Assembly (NCBI GenBank): GCA_002725475.1
Contig: PBPH01000011.1
Coordinates: forward strand, 1-49,887
Direction of reading: 5' to 3'
DNA: 49,887 bases
Source: Methanobacteriota archaeon
Lineage (GTDB): Archaea > Thermoplasmatota > Poseidoniia > Poseidoniales > Thalassarchaeaceae
Below are positions 27,271 to 34,799 of this stretch, in pieces. How positions within the stretch are numbered: the first letter of the stretch is position 1; every line of letters starts with the position of its first letter. The notes below the pieces were generated by a model. That model made no database searches. It was not told the origin of the DNA and saw nothing but the letters and a program-made list of their open reading frames with translations. The position numbers and the translations under genes are program-made.

Positions 27271-27987
27271 TCAATCGTCTCTTTTTTTCTTAAAAGGGTT
27301 ATTTGGGCTCGTCTTTTTCTTATGATAGCCAACTTTTCTCTTTGTCCCTCCATCACGATTTCCCCAATGTCGAGCTTTTCCCCGTTTGTCTCCACCTTGG
27401 CGACTTCCGCCACCTCTACGTTCGCCACCTCGCTTGTCACGGCCACCACCGCCACTTCTACGATTTCCGCGACCATCGTTACGGCGTTGGTATCCTCCAC
27501 CACTTCTGCGATTTCCACCACTATTGTCACGGCGCTGGTATCCTCCTCCGCCTCCACTTGAGGCATTCTTCGGGCGCTTAGTAGGGCAACGATTGCAGGT
27601 ATCCCTCCAAGCGAAGTTATTATTGTGGCATTTGGGGCATTCCCAATCATTACCACCACGATTACCATCTTTCCCTCGAGTATTTCTAGAACCACTGCGT
27701 CTATCCTGCCTTTTGTTGCGTTGATTGCCCCGGTTACTGTCCTCACGCTTCCTTCTCTGTTGAATCTTAATTTCGGAATCACCAATTGAAGAAACATCTA
27801 ACTCTTTTGCTTTTGGAAAAATGTGCACAAGGGCGCAATCAACACGACCAATCACAGTATCCACTCTTCCAAGGTACAATCCCTCACTTGTTTCAAGTGC
27901 GGCACCAAGTCCTGGGGCTTCACCAGTGAATGAGACCAAAAGTCCCCCTTCATGGCTCTCGCGGTCGACCTTGCCACGGAACTGCAT
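27271..27987 (-). CDS. gar1: Gar1-like H/ACA RNP protein fused to a RanBP2-type zinc finger and an RGG/GAR repeat tail
   Basis: The N-terminal ~75 aa are GKVDRESHEGGLLVSFTGEAPGLGAALETSEGLYLGRVDTVIGRVDCALVHIFP (Gar1 barrel pattern). Residues 115-134, WECPKCHNNNFAWRDTCNRC, equal W-x-C-x2-C-x3-N-x6-C-x2-C. Residues ~144-214 are GGGGGYQRRDNSGGNRRSGGGYQRRNDGRGNRRSGGGGRDKRGGERRGGG. Confidence 0.7.
   Translation of the reverse strand: MQFRGKVDRESHEGGLLVSFTGEAPGLGAALETSEGLYLGRVDTVIGRVDCALVHIFPKAKELDVSSIGDSEIKIQQRRKREDSNRGNQRNKRQDRRSGSRNTRGKDGNRGGNDWECPKCHNNNFAWRDTCNRCPTKRPKNASSGGGGGYQRRDNSGGNRRSGGGYQRRNDGRGNRRSGGGGRDKRGGERRGGGSRQGGDKRGKARHWGNRDGGTKRKVGYHKKKTSPNNPFKKKRDD
27346..27558 (-). repeat. Tandem imperfect coding repeat encoding RGG / GGGYQRR(D/N)xGxGNRRS units
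   Basis: Repeated nucleotide units are visible, for example ...acggcgttggtatcctccaccacttctgcgatttcc... and ...acggcgctggtatcctcctccgcctccactt... The region opens long spurious ORFs in other frames and on the other strand. Confidence 0.6.
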
Positions 27988-28057
27988 AGCCTAGGCCGGT
28001 GGCCTAGGTGTTTTGAACCCACCTGTTTTTTTTTCATCGAAATTTGTAGGTTTTAGT

Positions 28058-30070
28058 TCAATCTTGTCGGCGTCTGACCAATCCGGCACCAATCAACGCT
28101 ATTATTGCAAATCCAATTCCTGGCGCAGGAAGTCCCCCCTCATCAGAGGATGAAACGGTATCTTCAACAATATCTTCCACTACCTCTTCGACCAATTCTA
28201 CATCTTCACTAATCGACGTACATTCGCCAGAAGCATCACAAGCATCTATTCCGATAGTATGGATTCCTTCAGTTAGTAAATCAAATGGAATTTCATCAGT
28301 CTGCCATTGATTTCCAGTCACACTAACTTGTCCTTGCTGAACTCCATCAATTTTCAGTGTGAAGGTGACCGCCTCTCCATCAGGATCTGAAAAATAACCT
28401 CTTAGAATGTAGTTGGCATCAACCCACTCGTAGCCAGAAATTTCGATAGTCGGTGGGACACTTTGCTTGGATAGACCCAAATCATACATGTAGTCAAATT
28501 GTGCCATTCCGGCAGCTGTGGCTTGAACATGTACATTTACAGCACCCGGTGAAAGTGTACCAGCACTTGCCGTAATTACCGAATCAGAACCATCAAGGGT
28601 GAAAGAAACGGGTACTTCAACCCCATTTTGCATCAATGTCAATGTTACTGACATTGTCTCGCTGTAAGTTGGGCTGAAACTGAATGAAAAATCGTCTAAT
28701 GTAGTTGTATTAGAGGGTGTAATGCTAAAAATTGGTGCGACATCAAAAGTTCTAGGTCCGCTAGTTTGTTGGCTACTGTCGGTCGCTTCACAAGTTACAG
28801 TGGTACTTTCTCCTGCTGAAGGTGAAATAACGGTCCAATGATTTGCTTCAGCTTCTTCAAGACTCCAACCTTCCGCTCCACTACAATCAACGTTGAGCAT
28901 TCCAGCACCCAAATCATCATCGAACCAACAGTTGATATCAGCTAAATCTACGATATATTCGCTCTCACCAAGGCCTGCAACAGGCAATCTGTAATTATCA
29001 GCAGGGGAACAGGTATTCCAAGTAGGGGGATTGTCAATCGCTGGTGGCATTGTTGTGAAATCTAAGAAATATTCTCGTGATGCAGGCCAATCCTGATTAT
29101 CATAAGTAAATCTTCTAGAAAATTCAGTGCCATCAGTTACAGCAATCATGGAATAATCCAAATCATCATCGATTTGATAGGACTGGCATTCATCTCTAGA
29201 CTCATATGTTTGCCCATAATCATCCGCCTCTTCATCCTCTTCAGTATATGTAGTGCTACAGTCATGTTCTTCATATGTATTGGCAATTCGTAGTTGATTC
29301 TCTTGGGGTGGGAATGTGTAAGTAAATTGGGCATTGGTCAAATTTCTTCCAACCATTGCGAGGGTGAAATTTGTAGAATCTATTGGCTCATCAAACCCAA
29401 CTGATGCATTAAGATAGATGATTGTATCACAACTATGTGGTCCACAAGCCCCTTGGTTTGCAGGATAGACAGGTACTTCTTCACAAGTGATTGTCCCTGT
29501 TGGCCCACCGAACTGATCTTGGCACCCCCTTCTTTCAGGATGTCCTTCGGGAATCAGGTTGGTTTCTTCCAATGTCATCCCTTCTTTAATCCAAGTTGCA
29601 TTATTCCAGTTCACTCCAGGGCCACCTCTATGAGCGGGCCCTCCCCTGAAACCGATACGAGTGTAGGTCTGAACTACGCAATCTATTCCAATTGCTTCAA
29701 CACCATCTTTTTCATCAGTTGATAACCAGTTGTTGTCCCCTCCTGGGAGACCCTCGAAAAGGCCATCAAGACTTTCTCTGAGGTCGCCAGCATAGGTTCC
29801 ATTCACCATTGCCATTGCTCTAACAGAAGCACCATCCCAATTTTGATTGATTACCACATTAAAATCAGCATAGTTGTAGTAAAACATATCCTCAAATGAA
29901 TATCCAGTACAATCTGCTTCAACTTGTCTTCCAGTAGCCGAGTTCAGAGTATCAATTTCATTAGTTTCTTCTTCAATCATAGTTGGTTCTGTAACATGCA
30001 GTAGAGATGAAAAAATCATCAATGCTACCAATATCAATGCGAAGTAGACCCGTCCATTTCTTGTCGCCAT
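28058..30070 (-). CDS. Secreted surface protein with a PGF-CTERM-like archaeal anchor
   Basis: 670 aa. The signal peptide is RVYFALILVALMIFSSLL, followed by a Cys-containing acidic ectodomain and C-terminal Ig-like modules. The terminal sequence GGLPAPGIGFAIIALIGAGLVRRRQD resembles an archaeosortase PGF-CTERM sorting signal. Confidence 0.75.
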   Translation of the reverse strand: MATRNGRVYFALILVALMIFSSLLHVTEPTMIEEETNEIDTLNSATGRQVEADCTGYSFEDMFYYNYADFNVVINQNWDGASVRAMAMVNGTYAGDLRESLDGLFEGLPGGDNNWLSTDEKDGVEAIGIDCVVQTYTRIGFRGGPAHRGGPGVNWNNATWIKEGMTLEETNLIPEGHPERRGCQDQFGGPTGTITCEEVPVYPANQGACGPHSCDTIIYLNASVGFDEPIDSTNFTLAMVGRNLTNAQFTYTFPPQENQLRIANTYEEHDCSTTYTEEDEEADDYGQTYESRDECQSYQIDDDLDYSMIAVTDGTEFSRRFTYDNQDWPASREYFLDFTTMPPAIDNPPTWNTCSPADNYRLPVAGLGESEYIVDLADINCWFDDDLGAGMLNVDCSGAEGWSLEEAEANHWTVISPSAGESTTVTCEATDSSQQTSGPRTFDVAPIFSITPSNTTTLDDFSFSFSPTYSETMSVTLTLMQNGVEVPVSFTLDGSDSVITASAGTLSPGAVNVHVQATAAGMAQFDYMYDLGLSKQSVPPTIEISGYEWVDANYILRGYFSDPDGEAVTFTLKIDGVQQGQVSVTGNQWQTDEIPFDLLTEGIHTIGIDACDASGECTSISEDVELVEEVVEDIVEDTVSSSDEGGLPAPGIGFAIIALIGAGLVRRRQD

Positions 30071-30149
30071 TACGTTGCCGAGGTCGCGTTTAGTGAAAGA
30101 GTGTTTTCCTTCCTGACACTTAGTGTATATCTGAACACCATTGTTCGAT

Positions 30150-31001
30150 TTATGGCCGTAGTGACCTGAATCTGCGTAAAAATAGCATTCCAGGTATGAT
30201 TGACCAGAGAATTGCTGATGCCCAAATGTAATTCTGGGAGATTATTGGCCTTGCATCCGGTTTGAGGTTTCCTTCAAGCAATAATTGGTAGACTCCGTTA
30301 GGGGATAATAGGTCAATAATTTCGCTAAACCGGTTGTATTGATTAGATTCTAGATTGGTAACATCCACTCCCATAAAAGTAGCTAGAATCGCAGTTAATA
30401 GTAACCAAACAAAAGTGAATAGCATCCAGATACCCACACCCAATGTGACGGAAGACCCCAAATCTTTTGCAATACTTGAAGCAAGTAATTGAATGCAAGC
30501 GTACCAGAAAATAATCAATCCAGTTGGAATTATGAAGTATAACCAGTCGTAAAGAGTCGGTAATTCTCCCATTTGTTCATTAATTAAAATCGTTCCAATT
30601 GCACAGAAAATAGTGGTTGGAATGAATACTGCCAACCATAATCCTTGAAGTTGAGAGCGGGCCAAGTCAAACCTATCTATTGGTTGTGATAGTTCAATAG
30701 CTAATTCGCCAGTCAATCTTTTCCTACTTATGCCATCAAATCCAAGAAGAACAACTCCCAGAGTTGACGAGAATAGGACAAATAGACTGACTAGAAACAA
30801 AATTTCGTATGGTGTATCGAATTGCAATTCTGAAGTCACGCTGGAAGATGAATCAGAAAGACCCCAACTACCTCCCAATATGAAAACAAACAAAAGACCA
30901 ATCAAAGCAATCATTCGCTGGCTTCGAAAATGCATTTTTGCTTCTAACCAGGAGAGGTGCCAAACCTTCTTTTCTCGAGACACCCTACTCATCTTCTTCA
31001 A
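30150..31001 (-). CDS. ABC-2 type transporter permease
   Basis: 283 aa with six predicted TM helices. The N-terminal WLEAKMHFRSQRMIALIGLLF is typical of ABC-2/NosY-like permeases. It overlaps the upstream ATPase gene by 17 nt. Confidence 0.75.
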   Translation of the reverse strand: MKKMSRVSREKKVWHLSWLEAKMHFRSQRMIALIGLLFVFILGGSWGLSDSSSSVTSELQFDTPYEILFLVSLFVLFSSTLGVVLLGFDGISRKRLTGELAIELSQPIDRFDLARSQLQGLWLAVFIPTTIFCAIGTILINEQMGELPTLYDWLYFIIPTGLIIFWYACIQLLASSIAKDLGSSVTLGVGIWMLFTFVWLLLTAILATFMGVDVTNLESNQYNRFSEIIDLLSPNGVYQLLLEGNLKPDARPIISQNYIWASAILWSIIPGMLFLRRFRSLRP

Positions 31002-32082
31002 CCCCTAATTTGCGTAATGGAATCATTGAATCATCCCCCACTTCAAGGCCTACAGTCTCAACGGATTCTCCAGTTGCTGCTGCTAACATTTCTTCAAGGG
31101 TCGGAAGAACAGTTTGCAATAGACAGATCTCTCCGCCAGATTCTTCAATAGATTGTAAGATATCATGTCTTTCGTTGCTACTCCACCCTCCTTTTTTGTG
31201 CAAGGTGAATCTCCATTCTTCTCCAGCCCATTCGTCACACTTCTGAATTGAAATACCCCTCCCGAAAGAGTTGTCTGACGGTGGGCACCAACCATTACCT
31301 GCAATAATCAGATAAGGATCGCAACCAAGCATTTTTTCGACTTCCGAAAGACTACCAGAAGCGACCATTTGGCCACGATGAAGAATTGCCAAGGAATCCA
31401 CGAATAATTCCATCTCGTGCAAATTATGGCTGCTAACAATGATTGCAACTCCTTTATCAGCAAGCTCGCGAAGAAGATGGCGGAAAGCGGCTTGGGCAAC
31501 GGGGTCGAGTCCATTTAGGGGTTCGTCCAATAACAAAATGTCAGGTTTTCCAAGAAGGGCACAAGCCAGGGTTAATCTTTGCCTCATCCCTTGGCTCATG
31601 TTGTCTAATGGGGTATCCATGCGATTACTCATGCCGACTGTTTTCAACATTTTTTCACTATCACCACCTTCTCCTCGAATGGTAATTAGCCGATTCAAAA
31701 CTTCTCTTGGAGTGTTTGTTCCTGACCAATTAACTCTCTCGGGCATTAATCCAATGTGACGCTGGGAGTTTGACCAACCGAGCATCTCACGATCTTGCCC
31801 AAAGATTTGAACATCGCCTTTCTGTTGTTCATTTAATCCAGCAATTGTGTGCAATAAGGTTGTTTTTCCCGAGCCATTAGGTCCAATCAATCCAAGGATT
31901 GTTCCCCTATTAACTTCTAAATCGACATTGTGAATTCCAGCACCCAATCTCTTTTTCCATGGTTTATGCCATTTCGTGAGCCTATGCCGGTATGTCACCC
32001 CTGATAGTGATAACAGTGGCGCCCCCTCTCCCATACCTCCTGGATTATACATCATGTTCTCAAACGTGCCGCCCCAAGTCAC
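30985..32082 (-). CDS. ABC transporter ATP-binding protein (ABC-2 subfamily) with a C-terminal accessory domain
   Basis: Walker A GPNGSGKTT, signature MSQGMRQRL and Walker B ILLLDEPLNGLD, plus a C-terminal extension of about 120 aa. Confidence 0.9.
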   Translation of the reverse strand: MTWGGTFENMMYNPGGMGEGAPLLSLSGVTYRHRLTKWHKPWKKRLGAGIHNVDLEVNRGTILGLIGPNGSGKTTLLHTIAGLNEQQKGDVQIFGQDREMLGWSNSQRHIGLMPERVNWSGTNTPREVLNRLITIRGEGGDSEKMLKTVGMSNRMDTPLDNMSQGMRQRLTLACALLGKPDILLLDEPLNGLDPVAQAAFRHLLRELADKGVAIIVSSHNLHEMELFVDSLAILHRGQMVASGSLSEVEKMLGCDPYLIIAGNGWCPPSDNSFGRGISIQKCDEWAGEEWRFTLHKKGGWSSNERHDILQSIEESGGEICLLQTVLPTLEEMLAAATGESVETVGLEVGDDSMIPLRKLGVEEDE

Positions 32083-32122
32083 TGTAGTCGGTGCTTTAAC
32101 CTGTTAGTTCGGTTTCGGCGAC

Positions 32123-32977
32123 TTGAAGCCAATGACGTTACTCTTCACTTTCATGACTTGGTTGGCCCCGTTAGGGCTACTAATTGTGTGGCAGTGGAGT
32201 TTGTGGAGACAACAAAAACCAGAAGTTCAGTTTTCGGATTGGTTACGCGCAGATCCATATATTTGCGGACTAGTGATCGCTCAAGGGTTGATTATTAGCA
32301 TTCCATTGGGTATTTGGCTCATCATGTGCGTATTCATTTTTTCAATGCTGATTTCATTAATGATTAGCGAACAACAGAGGACAGAATGGGGTCAAAGAAA
32401 AACGACAAGAGCAGTCGCACTATTTTTGCTAATTTCAATCCATGTCATGTCAGGATTTTTACCTGTTTCAGAACCTAATAGTGATGAAATATGGGGGGCT
32501 CCAGTAATTGAAAATCCAGAAAATAATCAATTTTGGCCAGCATCTCAACAGGAGATTTGGCTTCTTCCTGATGGAACAATAATTATTGAAACCCATATGC
32601 AGACTCCTGGAATTATTAATCCCTGGTTTTCTACTACGGCATTGAACGAATATTCTCAAGCCAGTGATGCAAAAGAAATTCGCTTTGAAGAAGCTGCTTC
32701 ATTGATGGATGATTGGGTAGGCCCCAACTCATTCACACTTTCACCTATTCATGAAGGAGTTGTACATGATTATGATGGACAAAAGTTGCTCTATACTCAT
32801 GATGATGTTATGCTGGATTTACTTGGCTCACACCCCTCTGGGGAAATGATAACTGTATGGAAACCAACATGGGGGGGGGAGATGCATCTTTTGTCAGTAA
32901 TCAAAGTCGGTCCAGATCCTTTTGTAGGAAACCCAGGTGCTCAAAAATATGTGGTTGATTGGTTATCCAACGAATAA
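32123..32977 (+). CDS. Membrane protein, function unknown
   Basis: 284 aa with 3-4 N-terminal TM helices and then a soluble domain. The track start is TTG, with an in-frame ATG at 32132. It contains a G9 homopolymer at 32871-32879. Confidence 0.55.
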   Translation: MKPMTLLFTFMTWLAPLGLLIVWQWSLWRQQKPEVQFSDWLRADPYICGLVIAQGLIISIPLGIWLIMCVFIFSMLISLMISEQQRTEWGQRKTTRAVALFLLISIHVMSGFLPVSEPNSDEIWGAPVIENPENNQFWPASQQEIWLLPDGTIIIETHMQTPGIINPWFSTTALNEYSQASDAKEIRFEEAASLMDDWVGPNSFTLSPIHEGVVHDYDGQKLLYTHDDVMLDLLGSHPSGEMITVWKPTWGGEMHLLSVIKVGPDPFVGNPGAQKYVVDWLSNE

Positions 32978-33069
32978 TAATTAGATTTAGGAACCCCTAA
33001 ATTAGGGCAACCTAATCTTTATGTATGGGCTTCGTGTCAGATGCTTTAGGGCAACCTAAAAGTATAGTT

Positions 33070-34065
33070 ATGGTGATAAAATTGAGAAAAAAGATAACTA
33101 GTACGGTTTTGATGTTGTTGATGGTAACAACCTGCCTGTCAGGTTGTCTAGGCACAGATGATGAAGAAATGGTAATCAAGATTGCATTTTCAGTTCAGGA
33201 CGACTATGATAATCCGGAGATGAACCCTCAGACTTTGGCGGATTTTGTTTCAGCGGAAACAGGTTTAGAGGTTGAACTCTATGCTATTTCATCGGATGGA
33301 ATGGCACTTGAGGCACTCCGTTTTGGCCATGCAGATGTGGCGTTTTTGGATGGCGGGTCTGCTTGGCTCGGTTGGCAAAATTATGGGCTTGATGTGATTG
33401 CTGCGGATCAGAAATCCGATGGTTCTACTTACTATGTACCACAAGGGTGGGTGCTAAATAATTCTACAATTCAAACGCTAGACGATTTATCTGGTATGGA
33501 TTCGTGTCATACTGGCTGGTTAAAATCCGCAGGAATGCTAATGCCAATGGGTTACATGATTGGTGAAGGTATAGTTGAAGTCACTGGTGATGAGAATGAA
33601 ATAGACTCTCTTAGAAGTACAATTGAGAACCATTTTGGAATTGCAACAATTCCTTCTAGCGGCGAACTCTACTATGGTTATGATGGGGCATTCCGCTGTT
33701 TGACAGAAGGTCAAGGGGATGTTGCATTTGCCAAGGAATCATCATTTGAAGATCATTGTGAGGGAAATGATTGGTGCCTAGAACGTTCTGAATACCGTCA
33801 GCTTGAGCCAGCATTTGGCCAAGTCCCCAGCCATGCAATTATGGTAAATCCCAGTCACTCGGGAGACGCCAAGATCGCCGCAATTACTGCAGCGTTACTG
33901 GCTCTGAACGGTTTTGAAGGAAATACTATTCTTGAGAATGTTCTCAATACTCCTGGAATAACTGAAATAGGAAGTCAGGAACATCTAGGAACGTACTCCT
34001 CTGCATTGAACAATATTCCAGGACTTACTATGGAGTATGAACAAAAATATGAACAGAACGCTTGA
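33070..34065 (+). CDS. Transferrin-like (PhnD-superfamily) substrate-binding lipoprotein of an ABC importer; putative Fe(III)-binding
   Basis: The track ORF starts at 33025; the ATG at 33070 gives MVIKLRKKITSTVLMLLMVTTCLSGC (signal plus lipobox-like LSGC). Motifs FLDGGSA, TYYVPQGWV, SCHTGWLKSAGMLMPMGYM, YYGYDGAFRCLTEGQGDVAFAKESSFED and QVPSHAIMV mirror hallmark segments of the transferrin N-lobe. Confidence 0.8.
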   Translation: MVIKLRKKITSTVLMLLMVTTCLSGCLGTDDEEMVIKIAFSVQDDYDNPEMNPQTLADFVSAETGLEVELYAISSDGMALEALRFGHADVAFLDGGSAWLGWQNYGLDVIAADQKSDGSTYYVPQGWVLNNSTIQTLDDLSGMDSCHTGWLKSAGMLMPMGYMIGEGIVEVTGDENEIDSLRSTIENHFGIATIPSSGELYYGYDGAFRCLTEGQGDVAFAKESSFEDHCEGNDWCLERSEYRQLEPAFGQVPSHAIMVNPSHSGDAKIAAITAALLALNGFEGNTILENVLNTPGITEIGSQEHLGTYSSALNNIPGLTMEYEQKYEQNA

Positions 34066-34083
34066 AATTTTATTGGGAGTATT

Positions 34084-34791
34084 ATGTCTAATTCAGTTAT
34101 CAAATTGAGTGATGTGGATATAGGATTCCTAGGCGAATCGCCACTTATTTCAATTCCCAATTTTGAGGCATTTGCTGGAGAAGTTATTGGAATAATTGGT
34201 GTTTCGGGAATTGGAAAAACAACATTGTTGAGGACATTGGCTGGTTTGCAACAACCACTTAATGGACAAATTTCAATTCTAGGCAAGTCATCATTTTCAG
34301 AGTTAGTAAAGGGTTCAATTGGTTATATCCCTCAACGATTGGGTCTTGTTCATCACCAGACAGTTGGTTACAATGTGCTTATGGGGGCTCTCCCTCAAGC
34401 CACTTGGTGGCAGTCATTATTTTCTCTCCCTTCTGCAGAAATGCGCCTAAGAACCCGAGAAGCAGTAGATGCAGTAGGGCTGTCAGACAAGATATCAGAC
34501 CAAGTATCACAACTTTCGGGGGGCCAACAGCGAAGAGTTGCAGTGGCTAGATCTCTAATGCAGAAACCTTCTATTCTCCTAGCTGATGAATGTCTTGGGG
34601 AACTAGATTTGGCAACAAGCGAAATAGTTGCTGAACAGTTGCTCCATCTTGCTAAGGAGCATGGCTCTTGTGTTATTTTGGTTGATCATAGTCCAGCAAG
34701 AATGCGGGTTCTATGCGATCGATTGATAGAATTACATCAAGGTAAGATTCGCGAGATGGAGCCTGGTTCCATTTCTCTCCCATTATTGTAG
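34084..34791 (+). CDS. ABC transporter ATP-binding protein (PhnC-like)
   Basis: Walker A GVSGIGKTT, Q-loop IPQR, signature LSGGQQRRVAVARSL and Walker B ILLADECLGELD. Confidence 0.9.
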   Translation: MSNSVIKLSDVDIGFLGESPLISIPNFEAFAGEVIGIIGVSGIGKTTLLRTLAGLQQPLNGQISILGKSSFSELVKGSIGYIPQRLGLVHHQTVGYNVLMGALPQATWWQSLFSLPSAEMRLRTREAVDAVGLSDKISDQVSQLSGGQQRRVAVARSLMQKPSILLADECLGELDLATSEIVAEQLLHLAKEHGSCVILVDHSPARMRVLCDRLIELHQGKIREMEPGSISLPLL

Positions 34792-34799
34792 GTGTAGTT

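Noticed and set aside
27210-27797. Cluster of long alternative ORFs (27210-27797 minus, 27250-27561 plus, 27303-27581 plus, 27386-27724 plus)
   Set aside because: All lie over the RGG/GAR-encoding tandem repeat of the Gar1-like gene. Their products are low-complexity (poly V/A/E/T, or P/L/R-rich) read-throughs of a stop-poor repeat. Only the frame with the Gar1 core and a perfect RanBP2 finger makes biological sense.
33975-34286. 103-aa minus-strand ORF bridging the junction between the binding-protein and ATPase genes
   Set aside because: It is antisense to two well-supported ABC genes, including the Walker A region. It is a shadow ORF.
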